A stretch of 64,000 nucleotides of DNA, from positions 3,375 through 67,374 of the forward strand of contig JAEWNB010000069.1 in NCBI GenBank assembly GCA_023392945.1, written 5' to 3'. A program made the position numbers and the translations under genes. The DNA is from Bacteroidota bacterium (GTDB lineage Bacteria; Bacteroidota; Bacteroidia; Bacteroidales; WCHB1-69). Under the pieces are notes generated by a model, which saw only the letters and a list, made by a program, of their open reading frames with translations, did no database searches and was not told the DNA's origin. Below are positions 47,790 to 56,658 of the stretch, in pieces; the stretch's first letter is position 1; the number at the start of each line of letters is the position of its first letter.

Positions 47790-49661
47790 ATGAAATTATT
47801 ATCCGGAAAAACTCTTTTATTCATCTTATTTGGGGTGACTGTCGTTATCACTTTAATACCTTTCTTTAGGGTAGGGTTCACCACCGGAGATGATCTTGAA
47901 TATTACCTCACTTGGCTAATCGGAGATTTATTTACAAATGCCAATATATATGCTCACGGTGCCGGACGATTCTATTTTCTTATTACCAAACCCATATACA
48001 GTTTGCCCTATATCGGAGACAACTTCTTTTTAACCAAAGTAATCCAATATGCCTCCCTACTGCTCTCTTTTGTACTTTTTGCTTTATTAGTAAGTAAAAT
48101 TTTTAAATCTAACAAGTTGGGATTACTTTCATTTCTGATTCTTATTATTCCTTTATCGGTAACTCCCGACTATTACATTCCAATTATTTCCTATCCCCTT
48201 TTCTTCACTTTCAGTTTTTCACTGGCACTATTATCACTCTTATTTCTTCTTCGCTATTTTGAGACCAAAAAAAACAAATTTCTAATTGCTTCAGTGCTTT
48301 TATTTGCAGTTACAGTTTTATTTTATGAAACCTATCTTCTTTTTCTGCTCTTTACCGGAATATTTATTTTTGTCAGAAGCTGTCAGCAACGGGGCACTTT
48401 GAATACTTTTAAAAGCAAGCTTTTTTACAAAGAAATTATGCCTTTTGTTGCCATTGGAATCATTTACCTTATAGTCTATTTTTCATTTCGTGCCTGTATC
48501 CGAACTCCCGATGGTTTTTATAATGGCAGCTCTTTTGCCAATGATTTTAATTGGAGCAATTTTTATAAAATTCTTTTAAAATATAACAATGCTGCCCTAC
48601 CGACCAAAGTGTTTAACCTTAATCAGGATATCATCAGTGCCAACTCGCTTTTGGTCGAAGGACATAAGAATAATTTTTGGTATATTCTTACTCATTCTTC
48701 TCTTTTATGGATAATCAATGCTATTATCCAGTCAATCTTGTTTTTCTTTATTTTAATAAAAAATAAAACAGCTATTACATGGAAAAAAATAGGATTCGGT
48801 ATATTATTTTCTTTTCTTTTCGCAATTTTTTCTCATTTTCTTGTTGCCATTGCCGACAAATACAATAGTGAATATTCTTATCTAAACGGCTATGTCACTA
48901 CCTTTTATTCTTATTTTGGAATAACCTTGTCATTCACTTTGGCTTTGTTTGGTTTATACAAGATTGCCTCAAAAAAAAGGTGGTTACAATACCCTGTACT
49001 TGCCATCATGATATCTCTTGTGTTTTATATTTCCATAATGACAAGCTATTCCAATGACCATTTGAGTAGGGACTGGCAACATAGTCAAAATCGTTTTAAT
49101 CTGATTAATGAAATGTCACAAGAAAAAGTTTTTGACAGAATTCCGGAACACTCGCTGATCTACTCCCCTGATCTTTATGAAACTTGTTCATTTTCAGGAA
49201 GAAATATATGTTATCAGAATTTGAAATGGGAAGTATATATTGAATTAAAATCGGGAAGAAAATATACTGTCTGCCGCAACCCCGAAGAGATGCAAAAGAA
49301 AATAATTGAAAACCCCCAAGCTGCTATATACCGGTTTATAAAAAGGGAGAATATCAAAAACAATGATCTATTGGCTGTGATTGCTAATGTCGAAAAAAAC
49401 AGTCTCAATATGCAGGATCCTCAGAATATGTTCTCCCGATCCATATGCAACGAAGCCGCGATTTATATTTATTCCAAAAAAAATCAATTTACAATCAACT
49501 ATAATATTATCGGAAGTGACACTCTTCTGCCTAAGTTATATTCATGTTCAACTTATTTAAATAACAAAAATAAGGATGGCGATCTCATGAATATCACTAT
49601 AAAAAAACAGAATATGGCAGTTGAAAGTTTCATGATAGCAGATAATAGACCATCTGATTAA
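47790..49661 (+). CDS. Polytopic membrane protein, possibly a GT-C-type (ArnT/PMT-like) glycosyltransferase
   Basis: About 623 aa from the ATG at 47790 (the track begins at a TTG three codons earlier). It has at least 10 TM helices, an acidic first loop (FTTGDDLEYY) and a C-terminal soluble domain of about 200 aa. The family assignment is inference only. Confidence 0.6.
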   Translation: MKLLSGKTLLFILFGVTVVITLIPFFRVGFTTGDDLEYYLTWLIGDLFTNANIYAHGAGRFYFLITKPIYSLPYIGDNFFLTKVIQYASLLLSFVLFALLVSKIFKSNKLGLLSFLILIIPLSVTPDYYIPIISYPLFFTFSFSLALLSLLFLLRYFETKKNKFLIASVLLFAVTVLFYETYLLFLLFTGIFIFVRSCQQRGTLNTFKSKLFYKEIMPFVAIGIIYLIVYFSFRACIRTPDGFYNGSSFANDFNWSNFYKILLKYNNAALPTKVFNLNQDIISANSLLVEGHKNNFWYILTHSSLLWIINAIIQSILFFFILIKNKTAITWKKIGFGILFSFLFAIFSHFLVAIADKYNSEYSYLNGYVTTFYSYFGITLSFTLALFGLYKIASKKRWLQYPVLAIMISLVFYISIMTSYSNDHLSRDWQHSQNRFNLINEMSQEKVFDRIPEHSLIYSPDLYETCSFSGRNICYQNLKWEVYIELKSGRKYTVCRNPEEMQKKIIENPQAAIYRFIKRENIKNNDLLAVIANVEKNSLNMQDPQNMFSRSICNEAAIYIYSKKNQFTINYNIIGSDTLLPKLYSCSTYLNNKNKDGDLMNITIKKQNMAVESFMIADNRPSD

Positions 49662-49698
49662 AAAAGAGAGATTAATTATTTAATAAACAAAACTATTT

Positions 49699-51294
49699 AT
49701 GAAGAGATTACTTTTTACTTTCATTTACATGTTCTCATTTTCACTATTTGGACAAGTAAGTTTTAATTTTGTAGATGACATTACTACCGAATGCACCTCG
49801 GTTACCGTGGGTAAAAATGCCTCCAAAGATGGATCGGTAATGACTTCCCATACTGACGACAGCGGACGAAGCAGAACCAACATATCGGTAACAGAAGCCA
49901 AAGATTATACTGAGGGGACTATGAAAAAACTCTATCGTCGCCAGGCTGCCGCTAATGAATTCGGAAAAATGCCCTATTACGAATTTGTTGAAACGGGAGA
50001 GATTCCTGAAGTTTCGCATACTTATCAATATTTCAATTCAGCATATCCCTGTTTAAATGAAAAGCAACTTGCTATTGGAGAATCGACTTTCGGGGGCCGA
50101 CCGGAATTAAAATCCGACAAAGGATTGATTGATTGCAGTTGCCTTTGTATGTTGATGCTGGAGCGTTGTTCTACTGCCAGAGATGCCATCAGAACTGCAG
50201 GAGAATTATTGAAAAAATATGGTTGGAACGATGCCGGGGAGTGCTTAACTATTGCTGATAAAAATGAAGTTTGGCATTTTGAAATTTTAGGCCCCGGTAA
50301 AGATAAAGTTGGGGCTGTATGGGCTGCTCAAAGAGTACCGGACGGACACGTTGGAGTAAATGCCAATGCTTCTACAATCAGAGAAATGGATTTAAAAAAT
50401 AAAGACTACTTTATGGCCTCAGACAATGTACATTCCTTGGCCGAAGAGAATGGCTGGTATGATAAAAAAAATGAAGTTTTTCGCTTTGCTTATGCCTATG
50501 CCCCAGACAGTCGGGCTATGTTAGCCTGCAGAAGAAGAGAATGGAGAGTCTTTGACCTTGTGGCTCCTTCACAGAAGTTTGATCCTAATGCCGAAAATTA
50601 TCCTTTCTCCGTCAAACCGGACACGTTGGTTACTTTGGAAAAAATGGTCAGCATTTTTAAAGACTACTACGAAGGTACCGAATACGATATGCGCAAAACT
50701 CTGACAGTCACTGACAATCAAGGCAAAACTATCATCTCACCTTTGGCAAATCCATTCATGAAATCCGATGAATTAAAGTTGCATAAAATCAACGGTGGTT
50801 GGCACTGGCGGGGAGAAAGAGCTATTGCCGTTCATTTCACTGTTTACGCAACCATCATTCAATGCCGTAACTTTCTACCTGATGAAATCGGGGGAGTGTG
50901 CTGGTTTGCACTGGATAATGTTGCTTCATCAATTTATGTTCCCTTTTACGGATCTATCAATTATTTTCCAAATTCTTATCAGACATGTGGAAGAAAAACC
51001 GGTTTTAGCAAAGAATCCGCCTGGTGGGCTTTCAACAGATTAGGAACGATTACAGCTCAACGTTGGGGAGATATGCACAAGATTGTTGACAATGCATGGA
51101 ACCCAATGCAGAAACAATTCTTTACCGATCAAAATCAAATTGAAAACAAAGCATTACTTCTTTACAATAATGGTGAACATGAAAATGCCATCCGTCTTCT
51201 GACGGATTACAGCAATTCCTGTGGCAATAAAGCAGTTGAAACAGCTTGGGAAACAGGGGATTTAATTTGGACAATCTTTGACGGAGCCTGGTAA
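49699..51294 (+). CDS. C69-family dipeptidase
   Basis: 531 aa with a signal peptide. The N-terminal nucleophile context ECTSVTVGKNASKDGSVMTSHTDDSG is typical of peptidase C69 (Ntn hydrolase). Confidence 0.82.
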   Translation: MKRLLFTFIYMFSFSLFGQVSFNFVDDITTECTSVTVGKNASKDGSVMTSHTDDSGRSRTNISVTEAKDYTEGTMKKLYRRQAAANEFGKMPYYEFVETGEIPEVSHTYQYFNSAYPCLNEKQLAIGESTFGGRPELKSDKGLIDCSCLCMLMLERCSTARDAIRTAGELLKKYGWNDAGECLTIADKNEVWHFEILGPGKDKVGAVWAAQRVPDGHVGVNANASTIREMDLKNKDYFMASDNVHSLAEENGWYDKKNEVFRFAYAYAPDSRAMLACRRREWRVFDLVAPSQKFDPNAENYPFSVKPDTLVTLEKMVSIFKDYYEGTEYDMRKTLTVTDNQGKTIISPLANPFMKSDELKLHKINGGWHWRGERAIAVHFTVYATIIQCRNFLPDEIGGVCWFALDNVASSIYVPFYGSINYFPNSYQTCGRKTGFSKESAWWAFNRLGTITAQRWGDMHKIVDNAWNPMQKQFFTDQNQIENKALLLYNNGEHENAIRLLTDYSNSCGNKAVETAWETGDLIWTIFDGAW

Positions 51295-51331
51295 TAAAAA
51301 AAGAGCCTTGATAAACAAGGCTCTTTTTTTA
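51295..51331. terminator. Bidirectional intrinsic terminator between convergent genes
   Basis: A8-AGAGCCTTG-ATAAA-CAAGGCTCT-T7. The A run upstream and T run downstream serve both strands. Confidence 0.8.
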
Positions 51332-51371
51332 TAATCCATTGATTAATAATTCAATGGAAAGATAATTGTGA

Positions 51372-51947
51372 TTATCTTTCAAGTTTACGAACAGGAGATC
51401 TCATTAACTTGGTAGCAGCCAAAATTGACATATCGGTACCTGTAATAGTAAGAGGAACAATAACTTCTTCTGCACCATTTACCATATAATCACCGGCATT
51501 CCACATAGTTCCTGTGAAAACAAAACTTGTGCTTAAATTAGTCAAATCAACTTCAGTAACATTATAAGAGCCAGTGTCTGATAACCAGTCACAATAAGTG
51601 TAACCATTATATTCAAACATAAATTCCTCACAATACTGAACCATATAATAATTTGATTCTTCTGTAGAGAAAGTTCCGGTAGCATTAGGCATTTGTACAG
51701 CTACAAATGGAACGGTATCCATTGAGGCAAACTTGTATGCAGTAAAAAATAAAATACCGTAATCATCATAATTTTCTCCCTGAATGGTAGTTTCATCGGC
51801 ATCCCATGTGGTGCCATCAAAGTTAATTGCAAGAGCTGCAGCTGGTTCCGGTTCCGGTTCTGGCTCTGGTTCTGGTTCTGGATCACAAGCGGCAAATGCC
51901 ACCATAATAAACATAGCTAATGCTAATAATTTTGCTATTTCTTTCAT
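51372..51947 (-). CDS. Lipoprotein with an (EP)n linker, function unknown
   Basis: The preferred start is the ATG at 51947, giving MKEIAKLLALAMFIMVAFAACDPEPEPEPEPEPEPEPAAALAINFDG (lipobox AFAAC). The track start at 52082 would add a 45-aa Lys-rich extension. The start remains uncertain. Confidence 0.6.
   Translation of the reverse strand: MKEIAKLLALAMFIMVAFAACDPEPEPEPEPEPEPAAALAINFDGTTWDADETTIQGENYDDYGILFFTAYKFASMDTVPFVAVQMPNATGTFSTEESNYYMVQYCEEFMFEYNGYTYCDWLSDTGSYNVTEVDLTNLSTSFVFTGTMWNAGDYMVNGAEEVIVPLTITGTDMSILAATKLMRSPVRKLER
51844..51881. repeat. Tandem hexanucleotide repeat (GGTTCY/GGCTCT) x6 encoding the (EP)n linker
   Basis: Read directly: ggttccggttccggttctggctctggttctggttctgg. Confidence 0.9.
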
Positions 51948-52268
51948 ATTAATAATTTTGGTTGTTTTTTGCCTACTCTTATTGATTTTCGGCTTCCTCA
52001 TCTTTTTTTTTAGAGATTTAGATTTCTCTTTTGTCATATCCTTTCCCCACTTTAGTCCTTGAAGCGGATTAATTCTACTCAAAAAAACGTAGGACCGGAT
52101 TCCATTTGTTTATAAACGAAAGAAATCTAACGTTTTTTTTTATTATTTTTAGTTTTTCAATTATATTATCGTAAATTCCAACTATTATTTACTATTAATA
52201 ATGCAAAAATAAAAATTATTTATATAGAATAATTTTTTTTTGAAAAAAATTATTCACAGCAAAATATT

Positions 52269-52276
52269 TATCTTTG
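52269..52276 (+). promoter_or_regulatory. -7 box for the radical SAM gene
   Basis: TATCTTTG lies 35 nt upstream of the ATG at 52312. Confidence 0.45.
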
Positions 52277-52311
52277 CAATCACATTTTTTATTTTATAAA
52301 ATCATATAATC

Positions 52312-53082
52312 ATGTTTCTTTGGGAATCTATAGTATTTGGACCTATACACAGCAGAAGATTGGGAAGCTCTCTCGGAATAAACGTCTTGCCCACCACAGA
52401 GAAAATTTGTTCGTTTAACTGCCTTTATTGTGAATGCGGTTGGACTTTGGAAAAAAATATTGACTCTACTCAATTTTATCCTCTTAAAACAATATTGGAT
52501 GCACTGGATTCTAAATTGAAAAAGTGCAGTGATGATAAAATTCAGATTGATAGTATTACTTTTTCAGGAAACGGAGAACCCACTCTGCATCCTGATTTTG
52601 GAGAAATTATTGATGGACTGATTCTTATTAGGAATCGCTATTATCCCGGAATTCCTATTACCTGTCTTTCAAATTCCACACAACTCTATAAGGAAAGTGT
52701 AAGAGAAGCATTGAAAAAAATTGAAAATCCTATCTTAAAGTTAGATGCCGGTATCGAAGAACTGTTTCAACTTATTAACAGACCTATTTTGCCTATATCA
52801 TTAACTGATGTTATTTTTCACTTAAAGAATTTTAAGCAAAATCTCATCATCCAGACTCTTTTTCTGAAAGGGACCATTGACGGAATGACATTTGACAACA
52901 CCGACGATGCAAATCTTGAAAAGTGGTTGTTATATATTAAGGAGATCGCTCCCAAAAAAGTAATGCTCTATTCATTAGATAGGGAAACCCCTGCCAATCA
53001 TCTGATAAAAATCTCAAAACCACAATTGGAAATCATTGCAGAAAGAGTCAAAGAAATGGGTATTCTAACGGAAGTATATTAA
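52312..53082 (+). CDS. Radical SAM protein (small stand-alone type)
   Basis: 256 aa with GPIHSRRLGSSLGINVLP...KICSFNCLYCECGWT (CxxxCxxC cluster) and GNGEPTLHP. The substrate is unknown. Confidence 0.8.
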   Translation: MFLWESIVFGPIHSRRLGSSLGINVLPTTEKICSFNCLYCECGWTLEKNIDSTQFYPLKTILDALDSKLKKCSDDKIQIDSITFSGNGEPTLHPDFGEIIDGLILIRNRYYPGIPITCLSNSTQLYKESVREALKKIENPILKLDAGIEELFQLINRPILPISLTDVIFHLKNFKQNLIIQTLFLKGTIDGMTFDNTDDANLEKWLLYIKEIAPKKVMLYSLDRETPANHLIKISKPQLEIIAERVKEMGILTEVY

Positions 53083-53111
53083 AATCTTCAATAGAATTAA
53101 TCACATATTAG

Positions 53112-54863
53112 TTAGCGGGTTCTTCTGAAACTCCTCTCTGAGGAACTTTGTTTCTTTTTTTCTCCCGCCCTGAAACTTCGTTTATCATGAAAATTATATC
53201 GTGGTTTTTCCCCATCAATATTTCTCCCTGAATCTTCGACAACAGTTACTCTAAAATCATTACCACCATTGCGGTTAAAAGCTCCCAGTACTTTTGAAAG
53301 CTGATCGTCATAAATTTCAAAAAATGAATTTTTGCTGCTTACTTCAATCTTGCCGACATTTATTTTCTCTTTGGTAGTAGTATTGATAATGTCTAATATC
53401 GACCTTGGAGAAGCATTCTGAGACATTCCAACGTTTATCTTCAAGCGAACACGATTGCTACGCTGCGAAGAACGTTCGCCCTTCTTTTTGCCTTGTCGAC
53501 CTTCTTTTTTATCATACTTATCAGATTTGTCACTTTCAAAAACATTGAGGTCCACGGCATCTTTGTAATACTCCAGAAATCGATTGAATTCCACTGAAAC
53601 AAATCGTTTGATAATCTCATCCTTGTCCAGATATGCCAGCTTTTTGTATATCTGAGTTAAAAGAGGGTCTATCTGTTCATTATTGACCTGAACATTTTCC
53701 ATTCGGTCAATAAGAAAGAAAAGTTGCCGTTTGCAGACTTCTATCCCGGAAGGAATTTGTTCCTGCTTAAACTCTTTCTGTACCAACTTCTCAATTTCGT
53801 GAAGTCTTCTTACTTCTTTGGTATGAATAATAGAAATGGAGATTCCGGATTTATTGGCACGCCCGGTTCGACCGCTTCGGTGAGTATAAATCTCATTGTC
53901 ATCAGGAAGATTATAGTTGATAACATGAGTAAGGTCGCTGACATCAAGTCCTCGAGCAGCCACATCGGTTGCCACAAGAATCTGAAGATTGCGGAGACGG
54001 AACTTATTCATAACCAAATCTCTTTGCATCTGACTCAAATCACCGTGAAGCGCATCGGCATCATAGCCATCACGCATGAGTTTGTCGGCAATCTCTTTCG
54101 TTTCCTGACGGGTATGGCAAAATACGATTCCGTAAATGTCAGGATTCATATCCACAATACGTTTTAGCGCCAAGTAGCGGTTACGAGCCTGAACCACATA
54201 GTATTTGTGCTCAACATTTTCAGCACCTGCATTGCGGTTTCCGACAGATATTTCACAATATTGACTCATATATTTCTTGGCAATGTGAAATACAGGGGCA
54301 GGCATGGTAGCCGAAAATAACAGTGTGCGACGATCTTTGGGAGTAGTGCTTAAGATGGTCTCAATTGCGTCTTGGAAACCCATATTGAGCATTTCGTCAG
54401 CTTCGTCCAAGACTAAAAAAAGAATATTGTCAAGTTTTACTTTTTTACGTTCAATAAAATCTATCAAACGACCGGGAGTTGCCACCAAAATTTGTGGCTT
54501 TTGTTCAAGTTGACGCATCTGCGTAACGATGCTTTCTCCACCGTATACGGGAACAACCTTAATTGCAGGCATTAACTGTGAATAGCTTTTTAAGTCATTG
54601 GATATCTGAACACAAAGTTCGCGTGTAGGCGCTAATATCAGAGCCTGAATAGATTGATTGTCAGGATCTACCATATTTAAGATAGGTAAGCCAAAGGCTG
54701 CTGTTTTACCGGTTCCGGTTTGGGCCATAGCTACCAAATCGGTAGTTTCGTTCATAATAAAGGGGATTACCTGCTCCTGAATAGGCATAGGTAATTCGTA
54801 ACCGAGTCCGGTTACTGCTGTCAGGATTTCTTCTTGTAATCCTAAGTTTTGAAATGTTATCAT
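53112..54863 (-). CDS. deaD: DEAD-box ATP-dependent RNA helicase (DeaD/CsdA-like, with a DbpA-type C-terminal RNA-binding domain and basic tail)
   Basis: 583 aa with the Q motif (FQNLGL...PMPIQ), motif I AQTGTGKTAAF, PTRELC, VLDEADEML, SAT and HRSGRTGRA. The C-terminus is LKINVGMSQNASPRSILDII. Confidence 0.92.
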   Translation of the reverse strand: MITFQNLGLQEEILTAVTGLGYELPMPIQEQVIPFIMNETTDLVAMAQTGTGKTAAFGLPILNMVDPDNQSIQALILAPTRELCVQISNDLKSYSQLMPAIKVVPVYGGESIVTQMRQLEQKPQILVATPGRLIDFIERKKVKLDNILFLVLDEADEMLNMGFQDAIETILSTTPKDRRTLLFSATMPAPVFHIAKKYMSQYCEISVGNRNAGAENVEHKYYVVQARNRYLALKRIVDMNPDIYGIVFCHTRQETKEIADKLMRDGYDADALHGDLSQMQRDLVMNKFRLRNLQILVATDVAARGLDVSDLTHVINYNLPDDNEIYTHRSGRTGRANKSGISISIIHTKEVRRLHEIEKLVQKEFKQEQIPSGIEVCKRQLFFLIDRMENVQVNNEQIDPLLTQIYKKLAYLDKDEIIKRFVSVEFNRFLEYYKDAVDLNVFESDKSDKYDKKEGRQGKKKGERSSQRSNRVRLKINVGMSQNASPRSILDIINTTTKEKINVGKIEVSSKNSFFEIYDDQLSKVLGAFNRNGGNDFRVTVVEDSGRNIDGEKPRYNFHDKRSFRAGEKKKQSSSERSFRRTR

Positions 54864-54872
54864 AAAATTTGT

Positions 54873-54953
54873 TTACACGTCCACTGTATTTTCTCGAAAA
54901 TTCCTTATCGTTATTTTGACGTGTAAGCTATTGTTAGCAAAGGCACTGCCTTT
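54873..54953 (-). promoter_or_regulatory. Structured 5' leader of the DEAD-box helicase gene (two hairpins)
   Basis: The 9-bp inverted repeat TTACACGTC (54873-54881) / GACGTGTAA (54918-54926) closes a 36-nt loop and ends about 10 nt upstream of the AUG. A second hairpin AAAGGC-ACT-GCCTTT lies at 54939-54953. Confidence 0.4.
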
Positions 54954-55002
54954 AGAATTTGAACAAGGGAATACGTTTTCGACGTCCGTTTTAAATTGGC
55001 GG

Positions 55003-55010
55003 CAAAGGTA
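55003..55010 (-). promoter_or_regulatory. -7 box for the DEAD-box helicase gene
   Basis: The minus strand reads TACCTTTG, 139 nt upstream of the ATG at 54863. Confidence 0.4.
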
Positions 55011-55201
55011 CACTTTTTTTCCATATAAAAATGTCCTGTTATCAATGCAAATTTTAATAGCCGACATTTATGTCATTATCTTATTTATCAGGGCGTTCCG
55101 GATCGCTCCAATCACTAACGCAAAGTAATTTGGAATGATTACGGATTTTAAATAAAGAATTTCTTTTTCATCTCATGTTAAAAAAACATCATTTTTTTTT
55201 A

Positions 55202-55209
55202 TACATTTG
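55202..55209 (+). promoter_or_regulatory. -7 box for corA
   Basis: TACATTTG lies 70 nt upstream of the ATG at 55280. Confidence 0.45.
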
Positions 55210-55279
55210 CACGTCAAAAAAAAATTGATTTAACGGAATGTAGAAATTAGTATTTTTCCAAAGAGGAAAGGAGGTTTAG

Positions 55280-56191
55280 ATGGTTGATACCATTAGTTTT
55301 GGGACGCTAAAATGGCACCATATTACAAATCCAACTGTTGAGGATTTGGATTTTTTAAGAGATAACTTCCATTTTCACCCCTTGGATATTGATGACTGCT
55401 CCAGTTTTGTTCAACGTCCCAAAATTGACATCTACGATGATTATTTCTTTTTAGTTCTCCATTTCCCTTTATTGGACAAACGAACTAGTTTGGTCAAAAC
55501 AGAAGAAACTAAAATATTCTGGGGACAGGATTTTATTATCACGGTTGCCAATTCCCATTATGTGGTTCAGGATCTCTTTAACTTGATAAAACTTAATCCT
55601 GAAGAACTTGAAGAAGATGCGATTAGCGGAACCAGTGATGCCATTTTATATAAAGTGCTTTACAGAATGATGAAAGAAACATTTCTTCTTGTAGAACGGA
55701 TGGGCACTGAAATTGACTTTATTAACCGAGAGCTTTTTGAAGCTAAATCAGAGAAAATTATTGAACAGATTTCACGTTTTAGAAAAAATATAATTCAACT
55801 CAATACCATTTTTAAACCTCAACTCCGACTATTTCATAAATTTGAATCCGGGGAAGTGAGAGGTTTTGCCGAAGATATGGAAGACTACTGGGGAAATATC
55901 CTTGACTTTTACCAAAAAATGTGGGATATGATTGACGACTACGGCGAATTGGTAGCAGGACTTTCCAATACTTTTGATTCTTTACAGGCAAATAAAACTA
56001 ATGAAATCATGCGTGTTCTGACCATTATTTCAACTATTGTACTGCCACTTACTTTTATAACCGGACTTTATGGAATGAATGTGAAACTTCCTTTCGGTCA
56101 TTTGTCTTATGCTTTTTGGATAATTATGGCTCTCTGTGTAGGCGTAATTATCGGCCTTCTTTTCTCTTTTCGCCGAAAAAGATGGATGTAA
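55280..56191 (+). CDS. corA: CorA-family magnesium/cobalt transporter
   Basis: 303 aa with two C-terminal TM helices carrying the signature GLYGMN. Confidence 0.92.
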   Translation: MVDTISFGTLKWHHITNPTVEDLDFLRDNFHFHPLDIDDCSSFVQRPKIDIYDDYFFLVLHFPLLDKRTSLVKTEETKIFWGQDFIITVANSHYVVQDLFNLIKLNPEELEEDAISGTSDAILYKVLYRMMKETFLLVERMGTEIDFINRELFEAKSEKIIEQISRFRKNIIQLNTIFKPQLRLFHKFESGEVRGFAEDMEDYWGNILDFYQKMWDMIDDYGELVAGLSNTFDSLQANKTNEIMRVLTIISTIVLPLTFITGLYGMNVKLPFGHLSYAFWIIMALCVGVIIGLLFSFRRKRWM

Positions 56192-56220
56192 TTTCTCTGT
56201 TTTTTTACCGATAACTCTCA

Positions 56221-56658
56221 ATGAAAAAACAATTTACAATCAAATTTAAACTGTTAGAGCTGGAACCTGACAATTTTCATATTATTATTAAGGGAAAAAT
56301 TGAAAAAATTCCGGTTCATTTGGTAATAGATACCGGAGCATCACACAGTTGCTTTGACCTTAATTTTATTAAATCACTAAATCAAAATGCTCACATTACT
56401 GACAATGACGGAATGAATGTCGGGGTTGGAAGTTCCGATTTTGAGAGTAAAATTACCGTAATCCAGAATTTTAAAGTGGGTAATCTAAAAATTAATGATT
56501 ACAAAGTAGTGCTTATTGATCTGGAAAACATAAATATGGCATATCGTTCTATTAAATTACCCGAAGTTCATGGAATTATCGGAGGAGATTTTCTTGCTAA
56601 ACACTGTGCTTTGATAGATTACCACGAAAAGAAATTGACCTTATGGAAGAACAACTGA
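56221..56658 (+). CDS. Retropepsin-like (clan AA) aspartic protease domain protein
   Basis: 145 aa with the catalytic triad context HLVIDTGASHSCF and the later IIGGDFL, typical of bacterial retropepsin-like proteins. Confidence 0.75.
   Translation: MKKQFTIKFKLLELEPDNFHIIIKGKIEKIPVHLVIDTGASHSCFDLNFIKSLNQNAHITDNDGMNVGVGSSDFESKITVIQNFKVGNLKINDYKVVLIDLENINMAYRSIKLPEVHGIIGGDFLAKHCALIDYHEKKLTLWKNN

Noticed and set aside
54873-55128. Two small ORFs (64 and 70 aa) in the helicase upstream region
   Set aside because: They overlap each other on opposite strands, have no motifs and lie in what is better explained as a structured 5' leader.
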